From a candidate division TA06 bacterium (GTDB lineage: Bacteria > Hydrothermota > DG-26 > E44-bin18), in assembly GCA_004376575.1 (NCBI GenBank), contig SOJN01000046.1:48709-112708 (forward strand): DNA of 64,000 nucleotides, written 5' to 3'. The position numbers and the translations under genes were made by a program. Numbering within the stretch: position 1 is the first letter of the stretch; each line of letters opens with the position of its first letter. Shown here piece by piece: positions 19,047 to 28,879 of this stretch. Below the pieces are notes generated by a model. That model was not told the DNA's origin and did not search any database. It worked only from the letters and a program-made list of their open reading frames with translations.

Positions 19047-20112
19047 GCGTAAAAGGATATTGATGCTGGTGAACTGGCAGCTTCGGTACTCAAAGGAAGA
19101 CATTCCAAGTGAGCAACCATCAAATAAGGTTGTGGAGGGGATGAGGTACTGGTTTTTCAGACACTGGGATGATGAGGAACTGAAGGTAGATGTGGTTGAT
19201 TTCACCAGGCTATTTGGTGTCCATACCATTGAGAGACGGTTCTTGAAGTTCTATGTATCCCAAGCTCTGCGTGTCCTTCCTGACCTTGAAGGGTACGATC
19301 TCATCCTATCTCACAGTGCCCAAAGTGGAGTTTTTCTTGCGCTGTTGAAAGCGCTTCTGGGAAAAAGAACTCCTCCTCACATCATAATCGACCCTGGCTC
19401 ATTTAATGGTGGCCGTGAAAAAGTCCTGGAACTTCTACCCATACGCATGAGCCTCTCTTCTGTCACGGGCGTTATCGGCCATTCCAGCAGCCAGGTGCCA
19501 TTCTATACGCATACGCTCTGTTTGACTCCTGATCGGTTCAAGATAGTGCATGTGGGTGTGGATACAGAGTTCTACTGTCCGAGCGAATCCAAGTCTTCCG
19601 ATGACTATGTGGTTTGCGTGGGCTATATGAAGCGGGATTGGAATACCCTCCTGCGAGCGTGGAGGCAGATAGAGCCGGGCTCTGAACTGTTGATCGTAGG
19701 AAGAGTAGGTCTTGATGACGGGATGGCGCGTGTTAAGTGCATGCCCTATGTGTCGAGGTCCAGACTAAAAGAGGTTATCTCAAGGGCAAGGTTTGTGGTG
19801 ATCCCGCTGCCTTACCATACATACTCTTTCGGGCAGATGAGCCTGCTCATAGCTCAGGCTCTGGGAAAGGCCGTCATAGCAACCAGAGTGCCCGGGCTTC
19901 TGGATTACGTGGAGGAGGGAAAAACAGCCCTTTTTGTTAACCCTTACGATATCCACGACATGAAGAAGAAGATCCATTTTCTGCTCTCAAGTAGAGAGGC
20001 AGTGAATGAACTGGCAAGAGAAGCCAGAAAGACTGTCGTCTCTAAGTATAGTGAAAGGCAGATGGCTTTGGGACTGAGGGACGCAGTAGATGAACTCTGT
20101 AGGAGCAAATAG
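19039..20112 (+). CDS. glycosyltransferase (GT4-like C-terminal domain)
   Basis: FGQMSLLIAQALGKAVIATRVPGL motif. ATG 19039 overlaps the upstream stop; the track start is TTG 19009. Confidence 0.7.
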   Translation: MHKRKRILMLVNWQLRYSKEDIPSEQPSNKVVEGMRYWFFRHWDDEELKVDVVDFTRLFGVHTIERRFLKFYVSQALRVLPDLEGYDLILSHSAQSGVFLALLKALLGKRTPPHIIIDPGSFNGGREKVLELLPIRMSLSSVTGVIGHSSSQVPFYTHTLCLTPDRFKIVHVGVDTEFYCPSESKSSDDYVVCVGYMKRDWNTLLRAWRQIEPGSELLIVGRVGLDDGMARVKCMPYVSRSRLKEVISRARFVVIPLPYHTYSFGQMSLLIAQALGKAVIATRVPGLLDYVEEGKTALFVNPYDIHDMKKKIHFLLSSREAVNELAREARKTVVSKYSERQMALGLRDAVDELCRSK

Positions 20113-21688
20113 CAGCAGGGCTTTTTCTCTTGGCGGCAAGAAGTTGCTTCCAATTCCTTCAATTGGACATCTTCTTTCCAATCGCAGGTTCGTCAGTAGC
20201 ATGATCTTTCTTCTGGCGTGCCTGTTTGCCATTGCCGCAGGTAGGGAGTTGGCCAGAAGACCGGTGTTCATTGTGGGGGGAATGCTCGGAGCGGTATTGC
20301 TCGGCTCGCTCGCCGTACGTCCGAGAATGACCGTAATATTCGTTATGGCCTACACTCCTTTTGAGGAGTTCCTGCTCAAGCTCGTTGCACCGCAAGCATA
20401 CGCACTGGCGAGATATCTACCTGAGCTCCTTTTGCTCTCAACCCTTGCGATGCTTCTTGTTTCAAGAGTAGCTCGCAGACAACCCATAGACAGAACGCCC
20501 ATAGACATACCGCTCTTCTGTTTCCTGGGTGTTTCTCTCTTATCGATCTTCTATAACAGGATTTCTCTGCTGGTTGGTGTTCTTGAGCTCCGTATTCTGC
20601 TGAGGTATGCGGTTGGCTATTATATCCTGGTTCTGGCTGGATTTGACAAGCAGTTCTTGAACAAGGTTTTCAGACTGATGCTTGGTATTGTAGCCTTGCA
20701 GGTGGGTTTGGGTTTACTTCATTCAATACTCGGAAATACAGCCACCGCATTTCTTGCTCCCCAGAATGTCACGGTTGGCGACCTCTTCGTCAGAAGAGGG
20801 TTCTCGCAAGTTGTTTCTAGCCACACAAGAATCTTTTCCACCTTCGGCAGATACAATCTCTATGCTAACTTTCTCTCCTTCTTTCTGTTGTTCTTTGTTG
20901 CGATACTGTACTCAAAAAGAGGGGAGTTCTCAGGTGTTGAAAAAAGAAAAATCAGAGTGCTGTTGATTGCAGGTCTTGTTGTTCTTACGCTTTCTTTTTC
21001 CCGAATGTCGTGGATGGGGTTCTACGCAGGATTCATCTCCATGCTCCTGTTGATGAGAAAGAGCAAGGTGATTTCCTACTTGGTTATTTCTATGGTAGGT
21101 ACCTTTGTTCTTTTCCAGCTGTATGGCGCTGGAACCAGAGAAGTGAGTGAGACTGCGGCTGCTAGCGTTTTGCAGAGGTATCTGGGAATGTTCTCCCGGA
21201 GATACGTAGAAGTGTCGCTTCGAAGCGATAGACTTTACGCTATCACGACGACAACAAGGCGTGTAATGCAGATCTCCCCGGCCTTGGGCCTGGGGCCAGG
21301 AAGTGTGGCATCGGCAGCAGGAAAAGTATTTGGCGGCGGCGAGAGGTGGGATGTTCTTGATCTGCCCACAGAAAAGGTCATGCCACTTGGCGATGTCGGG
21401 TGGGCGGCTATTCTTGTACAATACGGTATACTGGGACTATGTGCGTTCCTGTGGATTATTTCTCGAATATTCACGGCTTCTCTGGCGTGTTTCCGCAGGG
21501 CCAGGGATTCCCTCGAATGGATTCTGGCACTCGGCTTTGTTGGTGGTTTTGTCTGTATCATGGTGGAAAACATGTTTAGCTTCAACTTCACCTACAGGGC
21601 GAGCAGTCTTTATTTCTGGATGTTTGCTGGCATTGTAGTCAGACTGCTCCAGATTCAGAAGGACGAAGAGAGAGTGGCTCAGAGATGA
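20090..21688 (+). CDS. Wzy-type O-antigen/EPS polymerase (O-antigen ligase-like membrane protein)
   Basis: About 12 predicted TM segments and a Wzy_C-like loop (LTLSFSRMSWMGFYAGFISMLLL). Confidence 0.75.
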   Translation: MNSVGANSSRAFSLGGKKLLPIPSIGHLLSNRRFVSSMIFLLACLFAIAAGRELARRPVFIVGGMLGAVLLGSLAVRPRMTVIFVMAYTPFEEFLLKLVAPQAYALARYLPELLLLSTLAMLLVSRVARRQPIDRTPIDIPLFCFLGVSLLSIFYNRISLLVGVLELRILLRYAVGYYILVLAGFDKQFLNKVFRLMLGIVALQVGLGLLHSILGNTATAFLAPQNVTVGDLFVRRGFSQVVSSHTRIFSTFGRYNLYANFLSFFLLFFVAILYSKRGEFSGVEKRKIRVLLIAGLVVLTLSFSRMSWMGFYAGFISMLLLMRKSKVISYLVISMVGTFVLFQLYGAGTREVSETAAASVLQRYLGMFSRRYVEVSLRSDRLYAITTTTRRVMQISPALGLGPGSVASAAGKVFGGGERWDVLDLPTEKVMPLGDVGWAAILVQYGILGLCAFLWIISRIFTASLACFRRARDSLEWILALGFVGGFVCIMVENMFSFNFTYRASSLYFWMFAGIVVRLLQIQKDEERVAQR

Positions 21689-22908
21689 GAATTCTTCTCT
21701 GCAATACGTATCTTTATAGAAGAGGTGGAGCCGAGGTTTCCTTTTTCGAACTTGCGGAACTGTTAGTTGCAAAAGGGCACGAAGTTGTCTTCTTTGGAAT
21801 GGAAGATCCGAAAAACGAGGTTTCTGACGGCTCAGGCTACTTCGTGAGCAACCTTGAGTTTGACGATTACAGACCGCACAATGTGTTGTGGAATGCCAGA
21901 GCCCTCGGGCGAGTGCTCTATTCAACTGAGGCTGCGAGTAAAGTGAGGAGACTGGTTCAAAAAAGTGTACCCGATCTTGTGTATGTGAACAACATAGCTC
22001 ATCACATATCACCATCAATACTCGATGTATTCAAGGAGTTCAGGCTTCCGGTTATGATGTCTGTCCGGGATTACAAGATTATCTGCCCAAACAGCGTACT
22101 GCTCGATAGATCCGGAATCTGCGAGAGGTGTAAAGGGGAAAAGTACTACAACTCGTTGATTCACAGGTGCAAGAGAAACTCTCTTATTCCCAGCGCCGTA
22201 GCCTGCTTGGAGGCGTATTTGCACCGCCACAGAAGGACCTACGATTCGGTCAGAGCCTTCCTAGCCCCAAGCCAGTTCTGTAAGAAGAAACTGGTTGAGT
22301 TCGGGATGGATAGGGAAAAGATATTTGTCGTTCCCAACTTCATCAGCCCGGAGGACTTTGGCTCAAAGGATACTTCTTCTGAGCCGTTCTGTGTCTACTT
22401 TGGGAGGTTGTCCAAAGAGAAAGGGTTGAAGGTGTTGATAGAAGCGGCAAAGGTGTGCGGTCATGAACTGCTGATCATTGGAGACGGTGAGCTCAAATCG
22501 TCCCTTGTACGCTACGCAGAGGAATTGGGTGCAGGGAACGTCAGCTTCAGAGATGGAATGGGTTTTGATGAGTTGATGACTACAGTTGGTGCCTCCCTTT
22601 TTACGGTCTTCCCCAGTTTGTGTTATGAGACTTTTGGGAGGAGTATTCTGGAGTCTTTTGCTGTGGGTAAGCCTGTTGTGGCTTCAAGAATTGGTGCTGT
22701 TAAGGAACTGGTGGACGATGGCGTTGACGGTCTTCTCTGCGAACCGGGTGACTGTGAGGAACTCGCAGAGAAGATGTCTTCGATGTTTTCTTCTAAACAG
22801 GCAACAGAGAAGATGGGTCGAAATGGTAGAGCCAAAGCCCTGAGCCGGTTTACGCCGGAAAATCAGTACCAGCACCTCATGCATGTGTGGGAGAGAATCA
22901 AGCCATGA
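21685..22908 (+). CDS. GT4 family glycosyltransferase
   Basis: ATGA overlap with wzy. ETFGRSILESFAVGKPVVASRIG motif. Confidence 0.8.
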   Translation: MRILLCNTYLYRRGGAEVSFFELAELLVAKGHEVVFFGMEDPKNEVSDGSGYFVSNLEFDDYRPHNVLWNARALGRVLYSTEAASKVRRLVQKSVPDLVYVNNIAHHISPSILDVFKEFRLPVMMSVRDYKIICPNSVLLDRSGICERCKGEKYYNSLIHRCKRNSLIPSAVACLEAYLHRHRRTYDSVRAFLAPSQFCKKKLVEFGMDREKIFVVPNFISPEDFGSKDTSSEPFCVYFGRLSKEKGLKVLIEAAKVCGHELLIIGDGELKSSLVRYAEELGAGNVSFRDGMGFDELMTTVGASLFTVFPSLCYETFGRSILESFAVGKPVVASRIGAVKELVDDGVDGLLCEPGDCEELAEKMSSMFSSKQATEKMGRNGRAKALSRFTPENQYQHLMHVWERIKP

Positions 22909-23900
22909 GTTTTCCTGTTGATGCTTTGTTGGCAGTTACATACCGCTGCAATGCTCGCTGCGTCATGTGCAACATCTGGCAGACTCCTATGCAGGATGAC
23001 CTGTCGCCCGCGGAGTGGGCGAATATGCCAGCCAGCCTGAAGGACATAAATATCAGTGGAGGTGAACCCTTCCTGAGAGACGATCTTCCGGAAATAGTAA
23101 GCGTGGTGAAAGGGAAATGCCCTGGAGCCAAGCTCATAATCTCCACAAATGGCATTGCCGTGAAAAGAATTGAGCGGTCTATGGAAAGAATCGTCCACAT
23201 TGACCCGAGAATTGGCGTCGGTATTTCAATTGATGGCATCGGAGAAGTCCATGATAGAACAAGAGGCCTCAAGGGCGCATATGAAAAGGCGATTCAGACC
23301 CTGCAAGTCTTGAAAAAGTTGGGGATTAAGAACTTAAGAATCGCGTTCACAGCCGTAGAGGATAACATCGATCAGATGAAGGATGTCTATGACCTTTCCC
23401 GGAGGCTGGAAGTGGAGTTCAGTTGCGTGGTAGCACATGATTCTGATGTCTATTTCAAAACGTCAGGCCTCAGATTGAACTCTCTTGGCTGTTTGAAAGA
23501 ACAGTTGAACCTTGTGGCGTTGAGTGAACTCAAGACTTTTGTGCCCAAGAGGCTCCTCAGGTCTTACTTCTACAGTGGACTATACGGGCTTGTTGAGAAT
23601 GGGAAGAGAGTTCTTCCCTGTTTGGCAGGGGAGGCAAGTTTTTTCCTGGATCCCACCGGCGAGCTTTACGCGTGTAATGTCCTCAATTCGAGCATGGGAA
23701 ATATCAGAGGTGAACCATTCGCCAAATTGTGGAACTCTCAGAAGGCGGCCCAGGTCCGAGAAAAGGTAGCAAACTGCAGAAAACCATGCTGGATGATGTG
23801 TTCTGCACGGTCTTCCATCAAGAAACATCCTGCAAGAGTTGGACTCTGGATACTGAAGAATAAGACAGGGATTTATCTCGGCAAGAGGAGCATAATCTGA
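22905..23900 (+). CDS. radical SAM protein with a C-terminal SPASM/twitch-like Cys cluster
   Basis: CNARCVMC (CxxxCxxC) at residues 20-27. C-terminal CLAGE...YACNV...GNI...CRKPCWMMC. ATGA overlap with the upstream GT. Confidence 0.75.
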   Translation: MSFPVDALLAVTYRCNARCVMCNIWQTPMQDDLSPAEWANMPASLKDINISGGEPFLRDDLPEIVSVVKGKCPGAKLIISTNGIAVKRIERSMERIVHIDPRIGVGISIDGIGEVHDRTRGLKGAYEKAIQTLQVLKKLGIKNLRIAFTAVEDNIDQMKDVYDLSRRLEVEFSCVVAHDSDVYFKTSGLRLNSLGCLKEQLNLVALSELKTFVPKRLLRSYFYSGLYGLVENGKRVLPCLAGEASFFLDPTGELYACNVLNSSMGNIRGEPFAKLWNSQKAAQVREKVANCRKPCWMMCSARSSIKKHPARVGLWILKNKTGIYLGKRSII

Positions 23901-24988
23901 ACATAGCAATTGTTGGGACAAAAGGCATCCCCGCCACCTATGGCGGAGTGGAGAGACACGTCGAGGAACTCGCCACCAGACTCGTGCACAGGGGACACAG
24001 GGTTACTGTGTATTGCCGACGGCACTATGTGGACGAAGACTCGGACTTCAAGGGGATCAAAAGGGTGGTTCAACGGACGGTAAGGCAGAAACATCTGGAA
24101 ATGATAGCGCATACAGGGGTGTCTCTTTTGGATTTGCTCACAAACAGGAAAATGGATGTTATTCATTTTCAGAGTGTGGATCCCGGAATACTCTCTTTCT
24201 TGGTCAAACTGAGAGCAAGAATTGTGGTCACCTCGCATGGGACGGCCTATAGGCAGGAGAAATGGGGCAGGACTGCAAAGTCTTTATCCTTACTTGCCGA
24301 GAGATTCTATGCCAGAGTACCACAGGCCAGAATCGCGGTATCCAAAACTCTAACAGAATATTATGGACGGAGATACGGTTGTGATGTATCATATATACCT
24401 AATGGTGTAAGTCTTCCAGGCAAAGTCAGAGACGATAGGCTTTCGGCCTTTTCGTTGGCGAATGGCGAGTATATTCTCTTTGTGGGGAGACTCATACGAA
24501 TCAAAGGTTGTCATCACTTGATTGAAGCATACAGGAAGCTGGATACTACCAAGAGTCTGGCCATAGTTGGAGGATCAAGCTATAGCAGTGACTATGTTCG
24601 ACAACTGAAACGCCACGAGAGTGACCGTATTCGATTTCTCGATTTCAGGTTCGGCGAGGAACTCCGACAACTGATAGCCAACTGTTACATGTTTGCGGTG
24701 CCATCAGAGGGCGAGGGGCTCTCTATATCTCTTCTTGAGGGTATGGCCGCAGCGAGACCTGTAGTATGCAGCGACATACCGGAAAATATCGAAGTTGCTG
24801 ATGGTTGCAGTCTTCCCTTCAGATGTGGCGATGTTGATGATCTGGCGGAGAAGATGAACCATCTCCTCAATCAGCCGCATCTTGCAAAGAAGCTGGGAGA
24901 GGCGGGAAGAGAGAAGGTGAGGGATGAGTACGATTGGGAGAAGATCGCGGATGCAACCGACCGTGTGTATTCAGGCCTTTTTCGGTGA
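23897..24988 (+). CDS. GT4 family glycosyltransferase (probable CTG start)
   Basis: The in-frame N-terminus LNIAIVGTKGIPATYGGVERHVEELATRL is the canonical GT4 N-terminus. AAGAGGAG RBS lies 6 nt before CTG 23897. The track start is GTG 23948. Confidence 0.7.
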   Translation: MNIAIVGTKGIPATYGGVERHVEELATRLVHRGHRVTVYCRRHYVDEDSDFKGIKRVVQRTVRQKHLEMIAHTGVSLLDLLTNRKMDVIHFQSVDPGILSFLVKLRARIVVTSHGTAYRQEKWGRTAKSLSLLAERFYARVPQARIAVSKTLTEYYGRRYGCDVSYIPNGVSLPGKVRDDRLSAFSLANGEYILFVGRLIRIKGCHHLIEAYRKLDTTKSLAIVGGSSYSSDYVRQLKRHESDRIRFLDFRFGEELRQLIANCYMFAVPSEGEGLSISLLEGMAAARPVVCSDIPENIEVADGCSLPFRCGDVDDLAEKMNHLLNQPHLAKKLGEAGREKVRDEYDWEKIADATDRVYSGLFR

Positions 24989-25011
24989 AAAATGAAAGTG
25001 TGGTGAGTAGT

Positions 25012-26001
25012 ATGACAAGGTGTGCACTGATAGGTTACGGTTACTGGGGGCCGAATCTGGCCCGGAACCTTTACGACAAACGTGACTGCGACTTGAGATA
25101 TATCTGCGACATGGATGAAGAGAGGTTGAAAAAGGCCAAAGATAAGTATCCTCTCGTTGATATTACTAGATTCAGCAGTACTGTTTTTGAGGACGATGAG
25201 ATTCAAGCAGTGTTTGTAGCGACTCCAATAGCCAGCCACTTTGAGGTTGCCAGAGAAGCCCTCTTGAGCGGCAAAGATGTGTTTGTGGAAAAGCCTATAG
25301 CAAATAACACAAAGGATGCAGAAGAGCTGATAAAGCTGGCTGAGAAGGGCAAAAATGTTTTGATGGTGGGCCACACCTTTGAGTACAGTCCTCCTGTGTT
25401 AAAGGTTAAGGAGCTTCTCGACAAGGGGGAACTCGGTGATATCCTGTTCATCAGCAGCATCCGCGTGAACCTCGGGATACATCAGAAGGACGTGAGCGTA
25501 ATCTGGGACCTGGCCTCACATGATATCTCTATTCTTATCTACTGGCTGGGAGAGGAACCCTCCTCAATGAAGGTGCTGGGGAGGGGATGCGTTTTGTCCG
25601 CGGTCCCAGACGTTGCGTTCTTGAGTATGGATTTCCCTTCTAATGTGATAGCCAACGTTGAGGTGAGCTGGCTTTCTCCAACGAAACTGAGAAGAACCAC
25701 AGTAGTGGGTACAAAGAAGATGTTGATCTATGACGATACCGAGCATCTTGAGAAGATAAGGGTTTTTGACAAGGGAGTTGTATTCAAGGAGCCCAAAGAT
25801 TTTGGAGAGTTCCAGCTAACCTACAGAACCGGAGATGTGATATCTCCCCTGTTGGAAAACTTCGAACCCCTCCAGGCAGAGGTGAGCCACTTTCTGGATT
25901 GCGTGAAAGAGCGGAGAAGACCAAGGACAGACGGCGAATGTGGCCTGCGCGTGGTGAGGGCACTGGAGATGGCTGAGATGTCCTTGAAGCGTGGGGAGTA
26001 G
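25012..26001 (+). CDS. Gfo/Idh/MocA-family NAD(P)-dependent sugar oxidoreductase
   Basis: CALIGYGYWGPNLARN Rossmann N-terminus and the family-typical EKP motif (VFVEKPIA). Confidence 0.8.
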   Translation: MTRCALIGYGYWGPNLARNLYDKRDCDLRYICDMDEERLKKAKDKYPLVDITRFSSTVFEDDEIQAVFVATPIASHFEVAREALLSGKDVFVEKPIANNTKDAEELIKLAEKGKNVLMVGHTFEYSPPVLKVKELLDKGELGDILFISSIRVNLGIHQKDVSVIWDLASHDISILIYWLGEEPSSMKVLGRGCVLSAVPDVAFLSMDFPSNVIANVEVSWLSPTKLRRTTVVGTKKMLIYDDTEHLEKIRVFDKGVVFKEPKDFGEFQLTYRTGDVISPLLENFEPLQAEVSHFLDCVKERRRPRTDGECGLRVVRALEMAEMSLKRGE

Positions 26002-27448
26002 AGGTGTAACTTTGGCCAAAAGGAAAGAGCGAGCTGCCAGGAATCAGAAGATAATACTCATCATTTTTGATCTCCTGGCCGTTTCCCTGGCTTTTTCGCT
26101 TGGCCGATGGTTCATAAGTGTCCTCCATCCCTTCGGCCGTTATATGGCGCCCTTTGGCTCGTTGCATCTCCTTGGTCTGGTTTTCACAGCTCTGGCATGG
26201 TTGTACATAGGCAGACTTCAGGGCCTGTACGACGAGCACACCTATGTGGGCCGACTTACCCAGGTCCCGCCCATAGTGAGGACGATTCTGCTGGGTATGT
26301 TTGTTCCTTTTGCGTACGACTACATCACCAAGACCGACATCTTTGTGGAGAGAAGATCAGTTCCTCTGGCGATCGCCGGTCTGGCTCTCTTCTTCTTTTT
26401 CTCTTTCAGGCTCATTCTGTTCAGGTCAATTTACGGTATGATGCTCAGACGGGGGCATTGGGGCAACAGAGTTATTGTTCTTGGGCAGGGGGAAGTGGGT
26501 AAGAGGATAGCGGCAAGGATAGTCGGGTCGGATTCCATGAGGCTGACTTTCGTGGGGTTTGTTGACTTCAGGATGGAGGAAATCGAGGCGACGACTGATC
26601 TCGTAAGAGACGCCATACGGGGCAAGAATGCAGATGAGGTCGTGGTTGCCGTGCACGGTCTTTCCCATCAGCAGATGCTTGACATAGGGGACTCCTGTGG
26701 CAACGGTGGTGTCAGGGTCAGTTTTGTCTCTGATCTTTTCGAGACGCTGTCCAAGAGGGTGGATCTGAGCAAAATTGAAGGGGTGCCTCTTCTTCAGCTA
26801 ACAAGCAACAGAAGGGGGTTACTGAGCTGCGCCTCGAAGAGACTCCTGGACATTGCAGGATCAGTTCTTCTTCTTCTCATTCTTTCTCCGCTTTTGGTTC
26901 TGTGTGCTGTCATTATCAAAAGAAGTTCTTCTGGACCTGCCCTGTTCAGGCAGAGGAGAGTTGGATTGGACGGGAAGGAGTTTATTCTATATAAGTTCAG
27001 GACCATGCATGAAAAGGCCGATCTGGAAGAGAATGAGAACATGCATAAGAGTTTTGTGACGGAGTTGATAAGAAATGGTTCTGCGAAACGTTCATCATAC
27101 AAGATTGTGAGAGATCCGAGAGTGACCAGTGTGGGCCTGTGGCTGAGGAAATACAGCCTCGACGAACTTCCTCAGCTTTTCAATGTTCTAAAAGGGGAGA
27201 TGAGCCTGGTAGGACCCAGGCCCCCACTCCCTTATGAGTTGGAATCGTACGAGAACTGGCACAAAAGAAGGCTTTCTGTCAGACCCGGGATTACCGGATT
27301 GTGGCAGGTTTCGGGCAGAAGCGAGGTTCCATTCGACGAGATGGTAATGCTGGATCTCTACTATGTTGGGTACAGGTCAATGTGGATGGACATATCCCTC
27401 TTGTTGAAGACCCTTCCAGCTGTGGTTACCACCAAAGGTGCATACTAG
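25991..27448 (+). CDS. polyprenyl-phosphate hexose-1-phosphate transferase (WbaP/WcaJ-type priming sugar transferase)
   Basis: Bac_transf motifs: PALFRQRRVGLDGKEFILYKFRTM, DELPQLFNVLKGEMSLVGPRP, PGITGLWQV. N-terminal TM segments. Confidence 0.85.
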   Translation: MGSRGVTLAKRKERAARNQKIILIIFDLLAVSLAFSLGRWFISVLHPFGRYMAPFGSLHLLGLVFTALAWLYIGRLQGLYDEHTYVGRLTQVPPIVRTILLGMFVPFAYDYITKTDIFVERRSVPLAIAGLALFFFFSFRLILFRSIYGMMLRRGHWGNRVIVLGQGEVGKRIAARIVGSDSMRLTFVGFVDFRMEEIEATTDLVRDAIRGKNADEVVVAVHGLSHQQMLDIGDSCGNGGVRVSFVSDLFETLSKRVDLSKIEGVPLLQLTSNRRGLLSCASKRLLDIAGSVLLLLILSPLLVLCAVIIKRSSSGPALFRQRRVGLDGKEFILYKFRTMHEKADLEENENMHKSFVTELIRNGSAKRSSYKIVRDPRVTSVGLWLRKYSLDELPQLFNVLKGEMSLVGPRPPLPYELESYENWHKRRLSVRPGITGLWQVSGRSEVPFDEMVMLDLYYVGYRSMWMDISLLLKTLPAVVTTKGAY

Positions 27449-27598
27449 TGCTTCGATTCGCAAATACAGTGACGTTCTATTCAAGGGACATTGCCCGGGG
27501 TTGCTCACTCAGCACTCGTCCTGAGTAAACGAATTCATGAATCGAAGGACTCAACAAGAAGAGTCAGACACTCAGACTGACCAGCGAAAAGGAGAAAG

Positions 27599-28879
27599 AT
27601 GGCAGCCAAAAATGAGGAAGTGATCATATACGAGGACGAAGCGTACAGGAAACTGTATCCCATAACATACCTCAGGCCTACGTTTGGAATTCTCTGTGGA
27701 TTTGGGAATTTGGTCCACAGGGTATCTAGAATATTACCAGATGCCCGCGTCAACCTGATTGCCAGAAGGCAGCTTGAAGAGTTCTTGAAGTTCTATTTTC
27801 CAGAATGTGTGGTGAACGAGCCGCCCGAGAATGGCGGTCTTTTCTTAAATGGCCGCTGTCTGAACTTGCCAGGGGCGATTCTCAAGAGCCAGGGCCAGAA
27901 GGTGTTTAGGAGCCGAGGTGCCATTGTCGGTTTTCGGACAGATGGGGAGATCGCGCTTGACCCAGAGTCCGGAGTAGTCGCCCAGAGAGCAATAGCTGAA
28001 TTGACCGAGCAGATGTCGGTGGATGATGTTGAGGTGATGGTTCTTGAGCACCCCTGGGATCTGATTCGATATAACCCAGAGCTGCTGGGTGAGGATTTCC
28101 AGACCTTCGGTGGGGGAGGAGTCGATGGGGATGTTGACACCCTGGCAGTAGTCTATGGTGATGCTTCTCTTCTCTCCATTGGTCCCGGCTCAAAGGTTGA
28201 GGCTTTTTGTGTGCTGGATCTGAGGGGAGGCCCTGTGGTCATAGGTGATGAGGTCACCATATCCTCACACTCTGTGGTCCAGGGTCCGTGCTACATAGGA
28301 AATGGTTCCAGGGTGCAATCGGCCCAGGTGAGAGCAGGAACATCCATGGGTCCCAGCTGCCAAGTCTCAGGTGAGGTGGAATGCACTGTGTTTCAGGGAT
28401 GGTCGAACAAACAGCACCTTGGCTATATGGGCCATTCGTGGATAGGGGAATGGGTGAATCTGGGAGCGGGCACAAACAACAGTGACCTCAAGAACAACTA
28501 TCAGTCTATCCGGGTTGGCCCTGAGGATTCGGCTGTGGACACGCAGATGCTGAAACTTGGCTGTTTCGTTGCCGACCATTCGAAGACTGGCATCGGCTGT
28601 CTTTTGAACACCGGTGCAATTGTAGGCCCATTTTGCAGTTTGCTTGGGGGGAGTGTCTCTCCCAGATATATTCCTCCCTTTTCCTGGCAGGGACCAAACG
28701 GCCTTGAGGAGTACAGGCTTGATAAGGCAATCTCAACGGCGAGGGTAGTAATGAGTCGAAGGTCTGTGGAGATGTCGGACGCGTACGAAAGGTTGGTCCG
28801 AAACTTGTTCGAGCAGGTTCGAGGGGGACAGGATGGGACTTTTTCGCCTGCCGCAGGACACAAGGGGAGTGGAAGGTGA
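27599..28879 (+). CDS. putative sugar nucleotidyltransferase-like protein with a left-handed beta-helix (hexapeptide-repeat) domain
   Basis: The N-terminus VIIYEDEAYRKLYPITYLRPTFGILCG resembles GlmU-like 'putative sugar nucleotidyl transferase' proteins. The C-terminal half carries hexapeptide repeats. Confidence 0.55.
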   Translation: MAAKNEEVIIYEDEAYRKLYPITYLRPTFGILCGFGNLVHRVSRILPDARVNLIARRQLEEFLKFYFPECVVNEPPENGGLFLNGRCLNLPGAILKSQGQKVFRSRGAIVGFRTDGEIALDPESGVVAQRAIAELTEQMSVDDVEVMVLEHPWDLIRYNPELLGEDFQTFGGGGVDGDVDTLAVVYGDASLLSIGPGSKVEAFCVLDLRGGPVVIGDEVTISSHSVVQGPCYIGNGSRVQSAQVRAGTSMGPSCQVSGEVECTVFQGWSNKQHLGYMGHSWIGEWVNLGAGTNNSDLKNNYQSIRVGPEDSAVDTQMLKLGCFVADHSKTGIGCLLNTGAIVGPFCSLLGGSVSPRYIPPFSWQGPNGLEEYRLDKAISTARVVMSRRSVEMSDAYERLVRNLFEQVRGGQDGTFSPAAGHKGSGR

